This document shows positions 47,692 through 58,938 of a DNA stretch of 64,000 nt, piece after piece (positions within the stretch are counted from its first letter, which is position 1; each line of letters starts with the position of its first letter). The position numbers and the translations under genes were made by a program. Origin of the DNA: Candidatus Limnocylindria bacterium (GTDB lineage Bacteria; Desulfobacterota; Binatia; DP-6); the NCBI GenBank assembly GCA_035559675.1, contig DATMAZ010000062.1:10679-74678 (forward strand), given 5' to 3'. Below the pieces are notes generated by a model. That model worked only from the letters and a program-made list of their open reading frames with translations. It had not been told where the DNA came from and searched no databases.

Positions 47692-48969
47692 ATGGTCGTC
47701 ACCTACGACAGCGTCTCGGTGGCCGAGGCGCGCGCGGTGATCGCGCACGGCATCGAGCGTCGCGTGCCGCTGATCACGCTCACCGGCCGGCTCGGCGCCG
47801 GCACCACGGCAGTCCTGCGCTCGCTCGTGGAGCGTTTCGTCGACCACTGCGACCTCGCGCTGCCGGCCGCGCCGCCCGCGGGCGTGGCCGATCTGGCCGT
47901 GCCGGTGCTACGGCTGCTCGGCCGTCCCTTCATCGACGCACCCGTCTCGGAGCTGCTGGCGACGCTCGGCGAGGCGCTCGACCGACGCGCCGCCTCGCCC
48001 CGTCCGCTGGCGTTGCTGCTCGACGACGCCGAGTCGCTGCCCGACGACGTGCTCGAGGCGCTCGCCGTCTTCGGTCCCCCCGACGGCAGCGACCGCGCTC
48101 GCCTGCCCGTCGTGCTGGCGGGCCGGCCGGGCCTGGTGGCGCGGTTGTCCTCGGGCCGTCTGGCCCCGCTCCGCCATGGGCTCACCATCGACGTCCGCCT
48201 CCACACGCCGCAGCCCGCGGTCTCGCCACCGGAGGAGGCGGCGCCCGTGCCCGTGCTCCGCCGTACCGCCCGGCCACGGACGCTGCTCCTCGCCGTGCTG
48301 ACCGCCTGCCTCTGCGGCGCCACCGCACTCTACCTCGAGCAACCGATGGCCACGTTCCCGCCGGAGCATCTGCCGCCGCCCGCGCCGCTCCGCCGCGAGC
48401 GGCCAAGCGCCCTCGCCCCTCTGCTGGTGTCACCGGCCACGCCGGCAGCCGCACCTGGGCCAGCGCCCGTACCCCCGCCCGCTCCCGTACCGGCGCCCGC
48501 TGCCGCGCCGGCGCCAGCAGCCGTTCCCGCGCTGGCGCTCGCGCCCGCCCCCGGTTCGCCCCGCCCGCCTGCGGCAAGCGAGCCCGACATGGAGAGCGCC
48601 CGGCGCGTGGTTGCTGCGTTCCAGGAGGCCGTGGCTGCCGGCGACGGCGAGACCATCCGCTCGCTGCTCGCCGCCGACGTCCGTTACAACGGCGTGGTCG
48701 GGGTAGACGCCGCGCTCGACGACCAGATCTGGCTCGGCCGCGGGCCCGAGCGCCCGCGCTTCCTGCCACCGGATACGGCAGAGCGCAGCGACGGCTCGGT
48801 GCGCGTGGAAAGCACGTTTACCGTGCCGTTCCGCGACGTCGCCGGGAAGCCGGGCGAGGTGCGCGGGCGCGCCGTCTGGCGCGTGGCTCGGCGCGGCGGC
48901 CTGCTCCAGATCGTCGCGGTCGACTATGACGTGCTCCCGGGCAGCAGCGCCAAGGCGCCCGGCGGTTGA
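47692..48969 (+). CDS. Hypothetical membrane protein with an N-terminal ExeA-like ATPase-fold domain (degenerate P-loop), a TM helix, a Pro/Ala-rich linker and a C-terminal NTF2/SnoaL-like domain.
   Basis: The P-loop-like GRLGAGTT has Lys replaced by Thr. The TM helix is LLLAVLTACLCGATALYL, and the linker reads PAPVPPPAPVPAPAAAPAPAA. The C-terminal domain reads AAFQEAVAAGDGETIRSLLAADV. Confidence 0.5.
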   Translation: MVVTYDSVSVAEARAVIAHGIERRVPLITLTGRLGAGTTAVLRSLVERFVDHCDLALPAAPPAGVADLAVPVLRLLGRPFIDAPVSELLATLGEALDRRAASPRPLALLLDDAESLPDDVLEALAVFGPPDGSDRARLPVVLAGRPGLVARLSSGRLAPLRHGLTIDVRLHTPQPAVSPPEEAAPVPVLRRTARPRTLLLAVLTACLCGATALYLEQPMATFPPEHLPPPAPLRRERPSALAPLLVSPATPAAAPGPAPVPPPAPVPAPAAAPAPAAVPALALAPAPGSPRPPAASEPDMESARRVVAAFQEAVAAGDGETIRSLLAADVRYNGVVGVDAALDDQIWLGRGPERPRFLPPDTAERSDGSVRVESTFTVPFRDVAGKPGEVRGRAVWRVARRGGLLQIVAVDYDVLPGSSAKAPGG

Positions 48970-48984
48970 GTCCCGCCCGCGATC

Positions 48985-50160
48985 GTGCCCACTCTACGCG
49001 CCATGCCGACCGAGACCGACGGGGAGCTGCGCGCGCAGATCCTGGACACCATCAAGCGCTTCGTCGACCGCGAAGTCATTCCGGTCGCGAGCCGATACGA
49101 GCACGCCGACGAGTATCCGACCCCGCTGGTCGAGCGCATGCGCGAACTCGGGCTCTTCGGCGCCACCATCCCGGTGGAGTTCGGCGGGCTCGGGCTCGAC
49201 TACAGCACCTACGCGATGATCGTCGAGGAGCTCTGCCGGGGTTGGATGAGCCTTTCTGGCGTTCTCAACACCCACCTCATGTTCGCCTTCCACGTGGGCA
49301 ACCACGGCACCGAGCAGCAGAAGCGCTACTGGCTCCCGCGGCTCGCCAGCGGCGAGGAGCGGGCCGGGTTCTGCCTCACCGAGCCGCACGCCGGCAGCGA
49401 CACCCAGAACATCCGCACGGTCGCCCGGCGCGACGGCGACCACTACGTCGTCAACGGCAGCAAGATGTTCATCACCAATGCGCAGACCGCGACGGTGTTC
49501 TCGCTGGTCGCGAAGACCGATCCCGACGCCGAGCCCCGCCACACCGGCATCAGCCTGTTTGCGGCGCCCAAGGGGCCCGGCCTCACCGTCGGCCGGCATC
49601 TCGAGAAGCTCGGCTACCGCGGCATCGAGACCTGCGAGGTGACCTTCGAGGACTACCGCCTGCCCCTCGACGCGCTCATCGGCGGGGTCGAGGGGCGGGG
49701 ACTCAAGATCGCGCTCTCCGGCCTCGAGGTGGGTCGCATCAACATCGCCGCCCGCGCCGTGGGCGTCGCGCGCGCCGCCTTCGAGGACGCCATCCGCTAC
49801 GCGCAGGAGCGCGAGACCTTCGGCAAGCCTATCTGCGAGCACCAGGCCATCCAGCTGAAGCTCGCCGACATGGCGACCAAGATCGAGGCGGCGCGGCTGC
49901 TGGTGCGCCAGGCGGCCGCCATGAAGGACCGTGGCGAGCGCTGCGATCTCGAGGCCGGCATGGCGAAGCTCTTCGCCTCCGAGATCTGCCAGGAGGTGGC
50001 GCTCGAGGCGATGCGGGTCCTCGGCGGCTACGGCTACGTGAAGGAGTTCCGCGTCGAGCGCTACTATCGGGACGCGCCGCTCATGATCATCGGGGAAGGC
50101 ACCAACGAGATCCAACGCCTGGTGATCGCCCGCAACCTGCTGCAGCGCTACAAAATCTGA
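48985..50160 (+). CDS. Acyl-CoA dehydrogenase.
   Basis: ACAD N-terminal, middle and C-terminal domains are present (FCLTEPHAGSD, YGYVKEFRVERYYRDAPLMIIGEGTNEIQRLVIAR). The start may be at the second Met, at 49003. Confidence 0.9.
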   Translation: MPTLRAMPTETDGELRAQILDTIKRFVDREVIPVASRYEHADEYPTPLVERMRELGLFGATIPVEFGGLGLDYSTYAMIVEELCRGWMSLSGVLNTHLMFAFHVGNHGTEQQKRYWLPRLASGEERAGFCLTEPHAGSDTQNIRTVARRDGDHYVVNGSKMFITNAQTATVFSLVAKTDPDAEPRHTGISLFAAPKGPGLTVGRHLEKLGYRGIETCEVTFEDYRLPLDALIGGVEGRGLKIALSGLEVGRINIAARAVGVARAAFEDAIRYAQERETFGKPICEHQAIQLKLADMATKIEAARLLVRQAAAMKDRGERCDLEAGMAKLFASEICQEVALEAMRVLGGYGYVKEFRVERYYRDAPLMIIGEGTNEIQRLVIARNLLQRYKI

Positions 50161-50366
50161 TGGACGCTCGCCGTGGTGAGGTGAGGCCGCCCACCGCATG
50201 GGGGTACGGTGAACGGCCTCGGTCGGGTTGACCGGGAGGGTTCCGCCCCCCCTTTCACCTCACCCAAGCAACCCGCATACCACGGCGCAAGGGCGTCGTT
50301 CCACGGGAAAGTGCGGCGCCCCCGTGAACCGCCGGCCGGGCGCTCCGGGCCAGTGTGAACCGGGGT

Positions 50367-52751
<2,385 letters not shown>

Positions 52752-53015
52752 CGCACGTACCTCGGGCCGTACCGGCCGATCCAGCGGACACGAAACTCGT
52801 CGAACGCGGGTGGGTTCCCGAAGCGCTCAGCCCGTGTCGGCTGGCTGCGCGTCTTCCTCGGCGACCGGCATCGTCCTCCCGCGAGTTCTCCCGGCGCTCA
52901 TGTTATCCGGGCGTCGATATCAGTCGCCCGCGGCGCGAGCAAGCTTCGCCCCGGGGGCCGCGATCCGTTGTGGGGCGGCGCCCGTCCGGGGCATAACGGG
53001 CTCTCTGGCCGCGGG

Positions 53016-53101
53016 GCCGGGATGGCGGAACTGGCAGTCGCAGCGGACTTAAAATCCGCGGCGGGGCAACCCGCGTGGGGGTTCGAATCCCTCTCCCGGC
53101 A
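53016..53101 (+). tRNA. tRNA-Leu (anticodon TAA), class II with a long variable arm.
   Basis: The sequence GCCGGGATGGCGGAACTGGCAGTCGCAGCGGACTTAAAATCCGCGGCGGGGCAACCCGCGTGGGGGTTCGAATCCCTCTCCCGGCA folds as a full cloverleaf. Confidence 0.9.
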
Positions 53102-53159
53102 TTGACGACGATCGCGCGGCGCATTGACCTTGCGTCCGGCCCCCGTGCATAAGGCGAGC

Positions 53160-53753
53160 ATGCGCTGGCGCGCTCTCCTCGTCGTTCTCGTCGTCCTGCC
53201 CCTCGCCGCCTGCCTCGATATGGACCTCACGCTCAAGCCCGACGGCGCCGTCGCCGGTACGATCAGCTGGACATCGACGTCGAAGCTCCCCGAGCAGGGG
53301 GCGCGCGCGCTGCTGGCGCACAAGGACGTCACCATCAAGAAGCTCGAGCTGAAGGACGTCGACGTGCCGTCCCCCGGTATCTTCGGTACGAAGACCACAC
53401 CCGGCCAGCGCGTCACCGCCGAGGTCGAGGCCCCGAACGCCGCGGCCCTCGTGGCCATCCCGCTGCTCAAGTCGCTCGGCGCGTCCGCCGTGGTGGCGAC
53501 CCCGGAGGCCGACAAGCGGACGCTCACCGTGCGGGCGGCTCGCAACGAGGCCCTCGGCTCCATCCCCGACACGGAGAGCGTCGTGCGCCTGCACCTTCCG
53601 GGTCCGGTGACGCAGACCACGGCAGAGGCCAGCGGCAACGACGTCACCTGGAAGGTGCCCGCTGCGGACTTCAAGAAGAAGCCGAGCGTCGAGATGTCGG
53701 TGAGCTACACCGTCCCAAACCCGCCCGCGGCGACGCCGCCAGCGAACCCCTGA
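53160..53753 (+). CDS. Lipoprotein of unknown function.
   Basis: The signal peptide with lipobox reads MRWRALLVVLVVLPLAAC. The mature part is a ~180-aa beta-rich protein. Confidence 0.6.
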   Translation: MRWRALLVVLVVLPLAACLDMDLTLKPDGAVAGTISWTSTSKLPEQGARALLAHKDVTIKKLELKDVDVPSPGIFGTKTTPGQRVTAEVEAPNAAALVAIPLLKSLGASAVVATPEADKRTLTVRAARNEALGSIPDTESVVRLHLPGPVTQTTAEASGNDVTWKVPAADFKKKPSVEMSVSYTVPNPPAATPPANP

Positions 53754-53767
53754 GCGGGGGGCCGGCC

Positions 53768-54091
53768 ATGTCCCTCGCCAGCAAGCGCTGCCGGCCGTGC
53801 GAGGGCGGCGTGCCGCCGCTCACGGCGGCCGAAGCGGAACGCCTGCACGCCGAGGTGCCGGCGTGGACGCTCGCCGGGCAGCGCTTGCGACGGCGGTTCA
53901 CGTTCCCCGACTTCGCCGCGGCCATGGCGTTCGTCAATCGGATGGCCGCGCTCGCGGAAGCGGAGGGGCACCACCCGGACTTCACCGTCCACTACCGGCA
54001 GGTGGACGTGGAGCTGTGGACGCACGCGGTGGGCGGCCTCTCCGAGAACGACTTCATTCTGGCCGCCAAGATCGATCAGTTGGAATCGTGA
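53768..54091 (+). CDS. phhB: Pterin-4-alpha-carbinolamine dehydratase (4a-hydroxytetrahydrobiopterin dehydratase).
   Basis: CxxC...EGHHPD...W is the PCD/DCoH signature (EGHHPDFTVHYRQVDVELWTH), and the protein is 107 aa. Confidence 0.85.
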   Translation: MSLASKRCRPCEGGVPPLTAAEAERLHAEVPAWTLAGQRLRRRFTFPDFAAAMAFVNRMAALAEAEGHHPDFTVHYRQVDVELWTHAVGGLSENDFILAAKIDQLES

Positions 54092-54094
54092 GAG

Positions 54095-54167
54095 AGGCGG
54101 CGACCGGATTCGAACCGGTGAATGGAGGTTTTGCAGACCTCTCCCTTAGCCACTTGGGTACGCCGCC
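54095..54167 (-). tRNA. tRNA-Cys (anticodon GCA).
   Basis: The reverse complement is GGCGGCGTACCCAAGTGGCTAAGGGAGAGGTCTGCAAAACCTCCATTCACCGGTTCGAATCCGGTCGCCGCCT. It has a short D-stem typical of tRNA-Cys. Confidence 0.9.
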
Positions 54168-54228
54168 CTGTGAAACGCACCAGCCGATTGTGCCCCAGAG
54201 GCCTCCCGATGTCAGGCGTCGCGCAGGA

Positions 54229-54387
54229 TCAGGTCGGCGTCCCGGGCGAGCCACCGGCGGAGCCCGCCTTCTCCGCATCCGTCCGTCGCTTCTCTTCCTT
54301 GCGCTGACGCTTTTCGAGTTGCTTCATCCGTCGCTCGGCCTCGCGTCGCTCGCGGACGTTGCTCTTGAAGGCGCGTCCTCCTGCCAT
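54229..54387 (-). CDS. Small (52 aa) highly basic K/R/E-rich protein of unknown function, not listed in the supplied ORF track.
   Basis: Translation gives MAGGRAFKSNVRERREAERRMKQLEKRQRKEEKRRTDAEKAGSAGGSPGTPT. A near-perfect Shine-Dalgarno (GGAGGTG) lies 5 nt upstream of the ATG. The gene sits between two tRNA genes. Confidence 0.4.
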   Translation of the reverse strand: MAGGRAFKSNVRERREAERRMKQLEKRQRKEEKRRTDAEKAGSAGGSPGTPT

Positions 54388-54500
54388 GCTTCACCTCCGA
54401 CGCTGGAACGTGGGACCCTAGCCGTGTGGGTGTTCGATTGCAAGATCGCGACACCGAACGACGAGGCCCGGATGCGCGCCGCATCCGGGCCCGTTCTCCA

Positions 54501-54574
54501 TTGCGGGGGGTGGATTTGAACCACCGACCTCGAGGTTATGAGCCTCGCGAGCTGCCTGACTGCTCCACCCCGCG
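54501..54574 (-). tRNA. Initiator-type tRNA-Met (anticodon CAT).
   Basis: The reverse complement is CGCGGGGTGGAGCAGTCAGGCAGCTCGCGAGGCTCATAACCTCGAGGTCGGTGGTTCAAATCCACCCCCCGCAA. It is nearly identical to E. coli tRNA-fMet in the acceptor and T-arms and has the C1-A72 mismatch. Confidence 0.9.
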
Positions 54575-54794
54575 GCGAGGCGCTTTCGTTATCGGGCGGT
54601 GTCCGGGTTGTCAACCGTGACGCGCGTGGTGCGGCGCAATCGTGACGCTTCCGTCACGCGTTCGTCGTTCGGCCGGCCGCTCGCCGGCGCCCGACTCGCA
54701 CCAACGGCCTGGTCTCATCGGCATTTTCCCGTCCGCCTGCGGCTGCCCGCACGCGCCCGCCATGCGGCCCGATTTGTGCACCCAGCCATGGGCA

Positions 54795-55691
54795 ATGCGG
54801 CTTCCAACGGCAATTTCGACAGCGGTTCTCGGGCTCTTACTGACGGCGCCTACGTCGGCGGAGGCGGGTTGCGGATGCGACAAGCCCGCGCCGGCGCGCG
54901 CGGCGGTGCGTCCCTTCGTGGGCCACACCGGCCAGCGCATCACGCTCTTCTCGAACCAGCTCGTTGCGGGCGAGACGTACAAGGTCGAGTTCGCCTCGCT
55001 CGATACGGGCGTCACCGATTGGAGCGCCGGCAAGGCGCGGGTGAAGCGCGACCTCGCAGATGGCGCGCTACGGCCGCAGCTCACGGTGGCGGTGCCCGAG
55101 GTGCCGCTCGGTCCGGCGCGCATTACCGTCGTCGGGGGGGCCGGCGTCGTGATGCAGCTTCCGGACAGTGCCTTCACGGTCGCGGCGGAGCCGATTCCGC
55201 TCCATGACTTCGCCGAATCGATCACGCGCACCGGCTACCGCTCGGGCGTGGGTCGCGACGGCACGCTCTACATTCCGGTCGACGTCTCCGCCGTGCAGGA
55301 CGCCACCAGCTTCGTCGCGCAGGGGCTCGGCTTCAAGCTAGCATTCGGGCCGGCCGACGTCACGATGTACAACCAGCAGGGCTTCCTCATGCAGCGGCTC
55401 GACCCGAAGGAGCCCGGGCTGTTCGACATCGTCGACGGCACCGACGGCAACAGCCACGCCCTCGCCTACTGGCGCCACGAGTTCCGAACCTATCACCGGG
55501 AGCACCGCCGCGTGCGCGACCGGGAGCTGTCGGACGAGGATCCGGCGTGGCACGAGGACGGGACGCGTCACGTCGATCATGACCACATCGTGGTCGCCAT
55601 CCGCGGTACGATGCCGGACGGGAAGGCGCCGGCGCCGGGCGCCACGCCGCCCTTCACGCTCGTGCTGACCTCGACGCCCGACGAGCGTTGA
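54795..55691 (+). CDS. Secreted protein of unknown function with a His/Asp/Glu-rich C-terminal region.
   Basis: The signal peptide reads MRLPTAISTAVLGLLLTAPTSAEA. A CGCDK motif follows, and the C-terminal region contains HREHRRVRDRELSDEDPAWHEDGTRHVDHDH. Its stop overlaps the lnt TTG start as TTGA. Confidence 0.55.
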   Translation: MRLPTAISTAVLGLLLTAPTSAEAGCGCDKPAPARAAVRPFVGHTGQRITLFSNQLVAGETYKVEFASLDTGVTDWSAGKARVKRDLADGALRPQLTVAVPEVPLGPARITVVGGAGVVMQLPDSAFTVAAEPIPLHDFAESITRTGYRSGVGRDGTLYIPVDVSAVQDATSFVAQGLGFKLAFGPADVTMYNQQGFLMQRLDPKEPGLFDIVDGTDGNSHALAYWRHEFRTYHREHRRVRDRELSDEDPAWHEDGTRHVDHDHIVVAIRGTMPDGKAPAPGATPPFTLVLTSTPDER

Positions 55692-57223
55692 CGGCCGCCT
55701 CTCGCCTCCTTGCCCTCGGCGCGGGCGCGGCCTGCTACGCGCTCGCGCTCCCGCCGTTCGACATCTGGCCGCTCGCCTGGGTGGCTCTCGTGCCGCTGCT
55801 GGACATCGCCGGCGCCGCCTCGCCTCGGGCCGCCTTCGGCTGGGGCGCCGCCGCCGGCTTCGTCACCTCCTGGACCGTCACCTGGTGGCTCGCACAGGCG
55901 ATCAGCTCGTACTTCGCCGCGAACATTGCGCTCGGCGCGGCGGCGACGTGCGCGGCCTACGTGCTCGCCGTCTCGAGCACCTTCGGCGCCTTCGCCTGGC
56001 TCGTGGCCACGGCGGGTCGCGTGCTCCCGCGGCCGGCGCGTTCGTTCGCCGCGGCCGCGCTCTGGGTCGGGTGCGAGTTCGTGCGGGCGCGCGTGCTCGC
56101 CGATCCGTGGGCGCTCCTCGGCTACACGCAGTACCGAGTCGTGCCGCTGATTCAGATCGCCTCGCTGACCGGGGTCTACGGCGTCTCGTTCGTCGTGGCG
56201 TTGGGCAATGCCGCGCTCGCCGAGATGACGGCCGCCGGAGGATCGGTGGGCGAGCGGCTGCGCGCCGTGCTCGCACCGCTCGCCACCGTGCTCGCCGTGG
56301 CGCTCGCCGGCGCGGGCACGCTTCACGGCGCCACGCCGCCGGCAAGAGCGCTCCCGGCCGCCATCGTGCAGACGAACGTCCCGCCGGCCTATAGGTGGGA
56401 CCGCCGCTATGCCGAGCGGCAGCTCGCTGCGGCCCTTCGGCTGACCAACGAGGCGCTGCGCGATGACCCCGGGCTCGTCGTCTGGCCGGAGAATGCGCTG
56501 TCGCTCTACCTCGACCAGGAGCCGCTGCTGCTGGCGTCGCTTCGCGAGCTCGCCCGCGAGCGCGGCACCGACCTCGTGCTGGGCGGGCCCCGCCATGCCG
56601 AGGGACGAACGTACAACAGCGCCTACGTGCTCGACGGCCGCGACGGCTCCCTGCACGTCTACGACAAGCAGCGACTCGTGCCGGCGGCCGAGGCCCCGAT
56701 CGTGCCGGTTGGTCCGACCGAACGAGACGAGAGCCCGCGCAGCTTCACGCCCGGCCGCCTCGCCGGACTCGTGCGGGCGCGCACCGCGCTCGGCGTCTCG
56801 ATCTGCCACGAGATCCTCTACCCCGAGACGGTGCATCCCGCCGTGGCGGACGGAGCGGAGGTGCTGGTCAACATCGCCAACGACGGCTGGCTCGACGGCG
56901 GCTACGGTGTGGCGAGCCGCCAGCATTTCGCGATGGCCGTGCTGCGCGCGGTCGAGGCGCGCCGCTACCTCGTGCGGGCGGCCACCACCGGGGTCTCGGG
57001 CATCGTCGATCCCTGGGGCCGCGTGCTGGCAGCGAGCGCCCCCGGCGTCGCGGGCGTGATCACCGCGCCGGTCGACGCCCGCCGCGGCACGACCCCGTAC
57101 GTGCGCTTCGGCGACTGGTTCGCCGTCGCCTGCCTGCTCTGCGTGCCGGCCCTCGCCCTCGCCGCACGGCGCCCGGCGCACCGCAGCTCCCGCGTCGCCG
57201 TGCCGGCGCCGACCACCGGCTGA
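55688..57223 (+). CDS. lnt: Apolipoprotein N-acyltransferase.
   Basis: An N-terminal polytopic region is followed by a CN-hydrolase domain with the catalytic triad context (VVWPENAL, KQRLVP, SICHEI). Confidence 0.85.
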   Translation: MTAASRLLALGAGAACYALALPPFDIWPLAWVALVPLLDIAGAASPRAAFGWGAAAGFVTSWTVTWWLAQAISSYFAANIALGAAATCAAYVLAVSSTFGAFAWLVATAGRVLPRPARSFAAAALWVGCEFVRARVLADPWALLGYTQYRVVPLIQIASLTGVYGVSFVVALGNAALAEMTAAGGSVGERLRAVLAPLATVLAVALAGAGTLHGATPPARALPAAIVQTNVPPAYRWDRRYAERQLAAALRLTNEALRDDPGLVVWPENALSLYLDQEPLLLASLRELARERGTDLVLGGPRHAEGRTYNSAYVLDGRDGSLHVYDKQRLVPAAEAPIVPVGPTERDESPRSFTPGRLAGLVRARTALGVSICHEILYPETVHPAVADGAEVLVNIANDGWLDGGYGVASRQHFAMAVLRAVEARRYLVRAATTGVSGIVDPWGRVLAASAPGVAGVITAPVDARRGTTPYVRFGDWFAVACLLCVPALALAARRPAHRSSRVAVPAPTTG

Positions 57224-57234
57224 CGTTCGCTCGC

Positions 57235-58938
57235 TTGCGCCCCGTTCCGCCATCGCATATCGACGCGACGGGGGCGATGGGCGTGCGGCGCGCGGGCACC
57301 GAGTCGACCGAGGCCACGCCCGACGGACAGCTCGCGCGGCGGGCCGGCGTGGTGAGCGCGGCGGTCTTCGCCAGCCGCATCCTCGGGGTCGTGCGCGAGC
57401 AGGTGTTCGCCGGCCTCTTCGGCGCCGGCCGCGAGCTCGACGCCTTCGTCACGGCGTTTCGCATCCCGAACCTGCTTCGCGACCTCTTCGCCGAGGGTGC
57501 GCTGAGCGCCGCCTTCGTCGCGACCTTCACGCAGCACCACGAGCGCCGTGGCCCCGAGGCCGCCTGGCGGCTCGCCAACCTGGTGGTGAACACGCTCGCG
57601 CTCACCATCGTGCCGATCTGTCTCCTCGGGATCGCCTTCGCGCCTGCGATCACGCGGGCGATCGCGCCCGGGTTCGTCGGTACGCCGGGCAAGGTCGCCC
57701 TCACCGTCGAGCTCACCCGCATCATGATGCCGTTTCTCTTGCTGGTCGCCCTCGCGGCGATCGCCATGGGCATTCTCAATACGCGCAACCGCTTCGGGGT
57801 GCCCGCGCTTGCCTCGGCCTTCTTCAACCTGGGCTCGATCGTGGGCGGCATTGGCTGCGCCTGGTGGTTCGCGCCGGGCCACGTCGCCACGGCCGTGGCG
57901 TCGCTCGGCGGGACGGCGCCGGCCGATCCCGCCGGGGCGGCGCGCGCAATCGTGGGCATGGCGATCGGCACGCTGGTGGGCGGCCTGCTGCAGCTCCTCG
58001 TCCAGGTCCCGTCGTTGCGGCGCGTCGGCTTCCGCTACCGCCCCATCCTCGACCTGCGCGATCCCGGCGTGCACCAGGTGGTGCGGCTCATGGCCCCGGC
58101 CACGATCGGCGCGGCGGCCGTGCAGGTGAACGTTTTCGTCAACAGCAACTTCGCGTCGTACCTCGGTGACGGCCCGGTCTCCTGGCTGAACGTCGCCTTT
58201 CGCTTCATGCAGCTGCCGATCGGGCTCTTCGGGGTCGCCGTCGGCACGGTGGCGCTGCCCGCGCTCTCGCGGCACGCCGCGCGCAAGGACCTCGGCGCGC
58301 TCCGCGGCATGCTGCGCCAGGCGCTCGTGCTCACCGCGACGCTCTCGATCCCCGCCGCCGCCGCGCTCGCCGCTTTCGGCGTCCCGGTGATCGGCCTCAT
58401 CTACGAGCATGGCCGCTTTCACGAAGCCGATACCGCGGCCGCGGCCCGCGCGCTCGCGGGCTATGCGCTCGGGCTGGCCGGCTATGCAGGCATCAAGGTC
58501 GTGACGCCGGCCTTCTACGCGCTGGACGACGCGCGCACGCCGATGCGCGTGGCGCTGCTGTCGATCGGCGTGAATCTACTGCTGAACTGGCTCTTCGTCC
58601 GCCAGCTGGGCCTCGGTCACGTCGGACTGGCCGTCTCGACCTCGTGCGTCGCGATCGCCAACTTCGCGCTGCTGGCGGCAATCCTCGGCCACCGCGTGGG
58701 CGCCTTCGCCTCGGGACTGGGCATCGAGATTGGACGGATCCTGCTGGCGACGCTCGTCATGGTCGCCGCGGCGGCCGCGGCGGAGCCGCTCGCCGTCCGC
58801 GCCGTCCCCGCGGCGGGGCCGCTCCAGTATGCGGCTCGCGTGGCCGCGCTCGGCCTGGCGGGTGGCGCCGCGTATCTGCTCGCGTGCCGCGTCCTCGGCG
58901 TGGGCGTGCCGCGGCTGCGGCGGCGCCCGGCGGCGTGA
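57235..58938 (+). CDS. murJ: Lipid II flippase MurJ (MviN).
   Basis: This is a ~14-TM MOP-superfamily protein with a conserved N-terminal region (AVFASRILGVVREQVFAGLFGAG). The start may be at the second Met, at 57277. Confidence 0.85.
   Translation: MRPVPPSHIDATGAMGVRRAGTESTEATPDGQLARRAGVVSAAVFASRILGVVREQVFAGLFGAGRELDAFVTAFRIPNLLRDLFAEGALSAAFVATFTQHHERRGPEAAWRLANLVVNTLALTIVPICLLGIAFAPAITRAIAPGFVGTPGKVALTVELTRIMMPFLLLVALAAIAMGILNTRNRFGVPALASAFFNLGSIVGGIGCAWWFAPGHVATAVASLGGTAPADPAGAARAIVGMAIGTLVGGLLQLLVQVPSLRRVGFRYRPILDLRDPGVHQVVRLMAPATIGAAAVQVNVFVNSNFASYLGDGPVSWLNVAFRFMQLPIGLFGVAVGTVALPALSRHAARKDLGALRGMLRQALVLTATLSIPAAAALAAFGVPVIGLIYEHGRFHEADTAAAARALAGYALGLAGYAGIKVVTPAFYALDDARTPMRVALLSIGVNLLLNWLFVRQLGLGHVGLAVSTSCVAIANFALLAAILGHRVGAFASGLGIEIGRILLATLVMVAAAAAAEPLAVRAVPAAGPLQYAARVAALGLAGGAAYLLACRVLGVGVPRLRRRPAA

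Noticed and set aside
52898-53674. 258-aa and 181-aa minus-strand ORFs.
   Set aside because: They run straight through the tRNA-Leu gene and antisense to the lipoprotein gene, with no RBS or homology.
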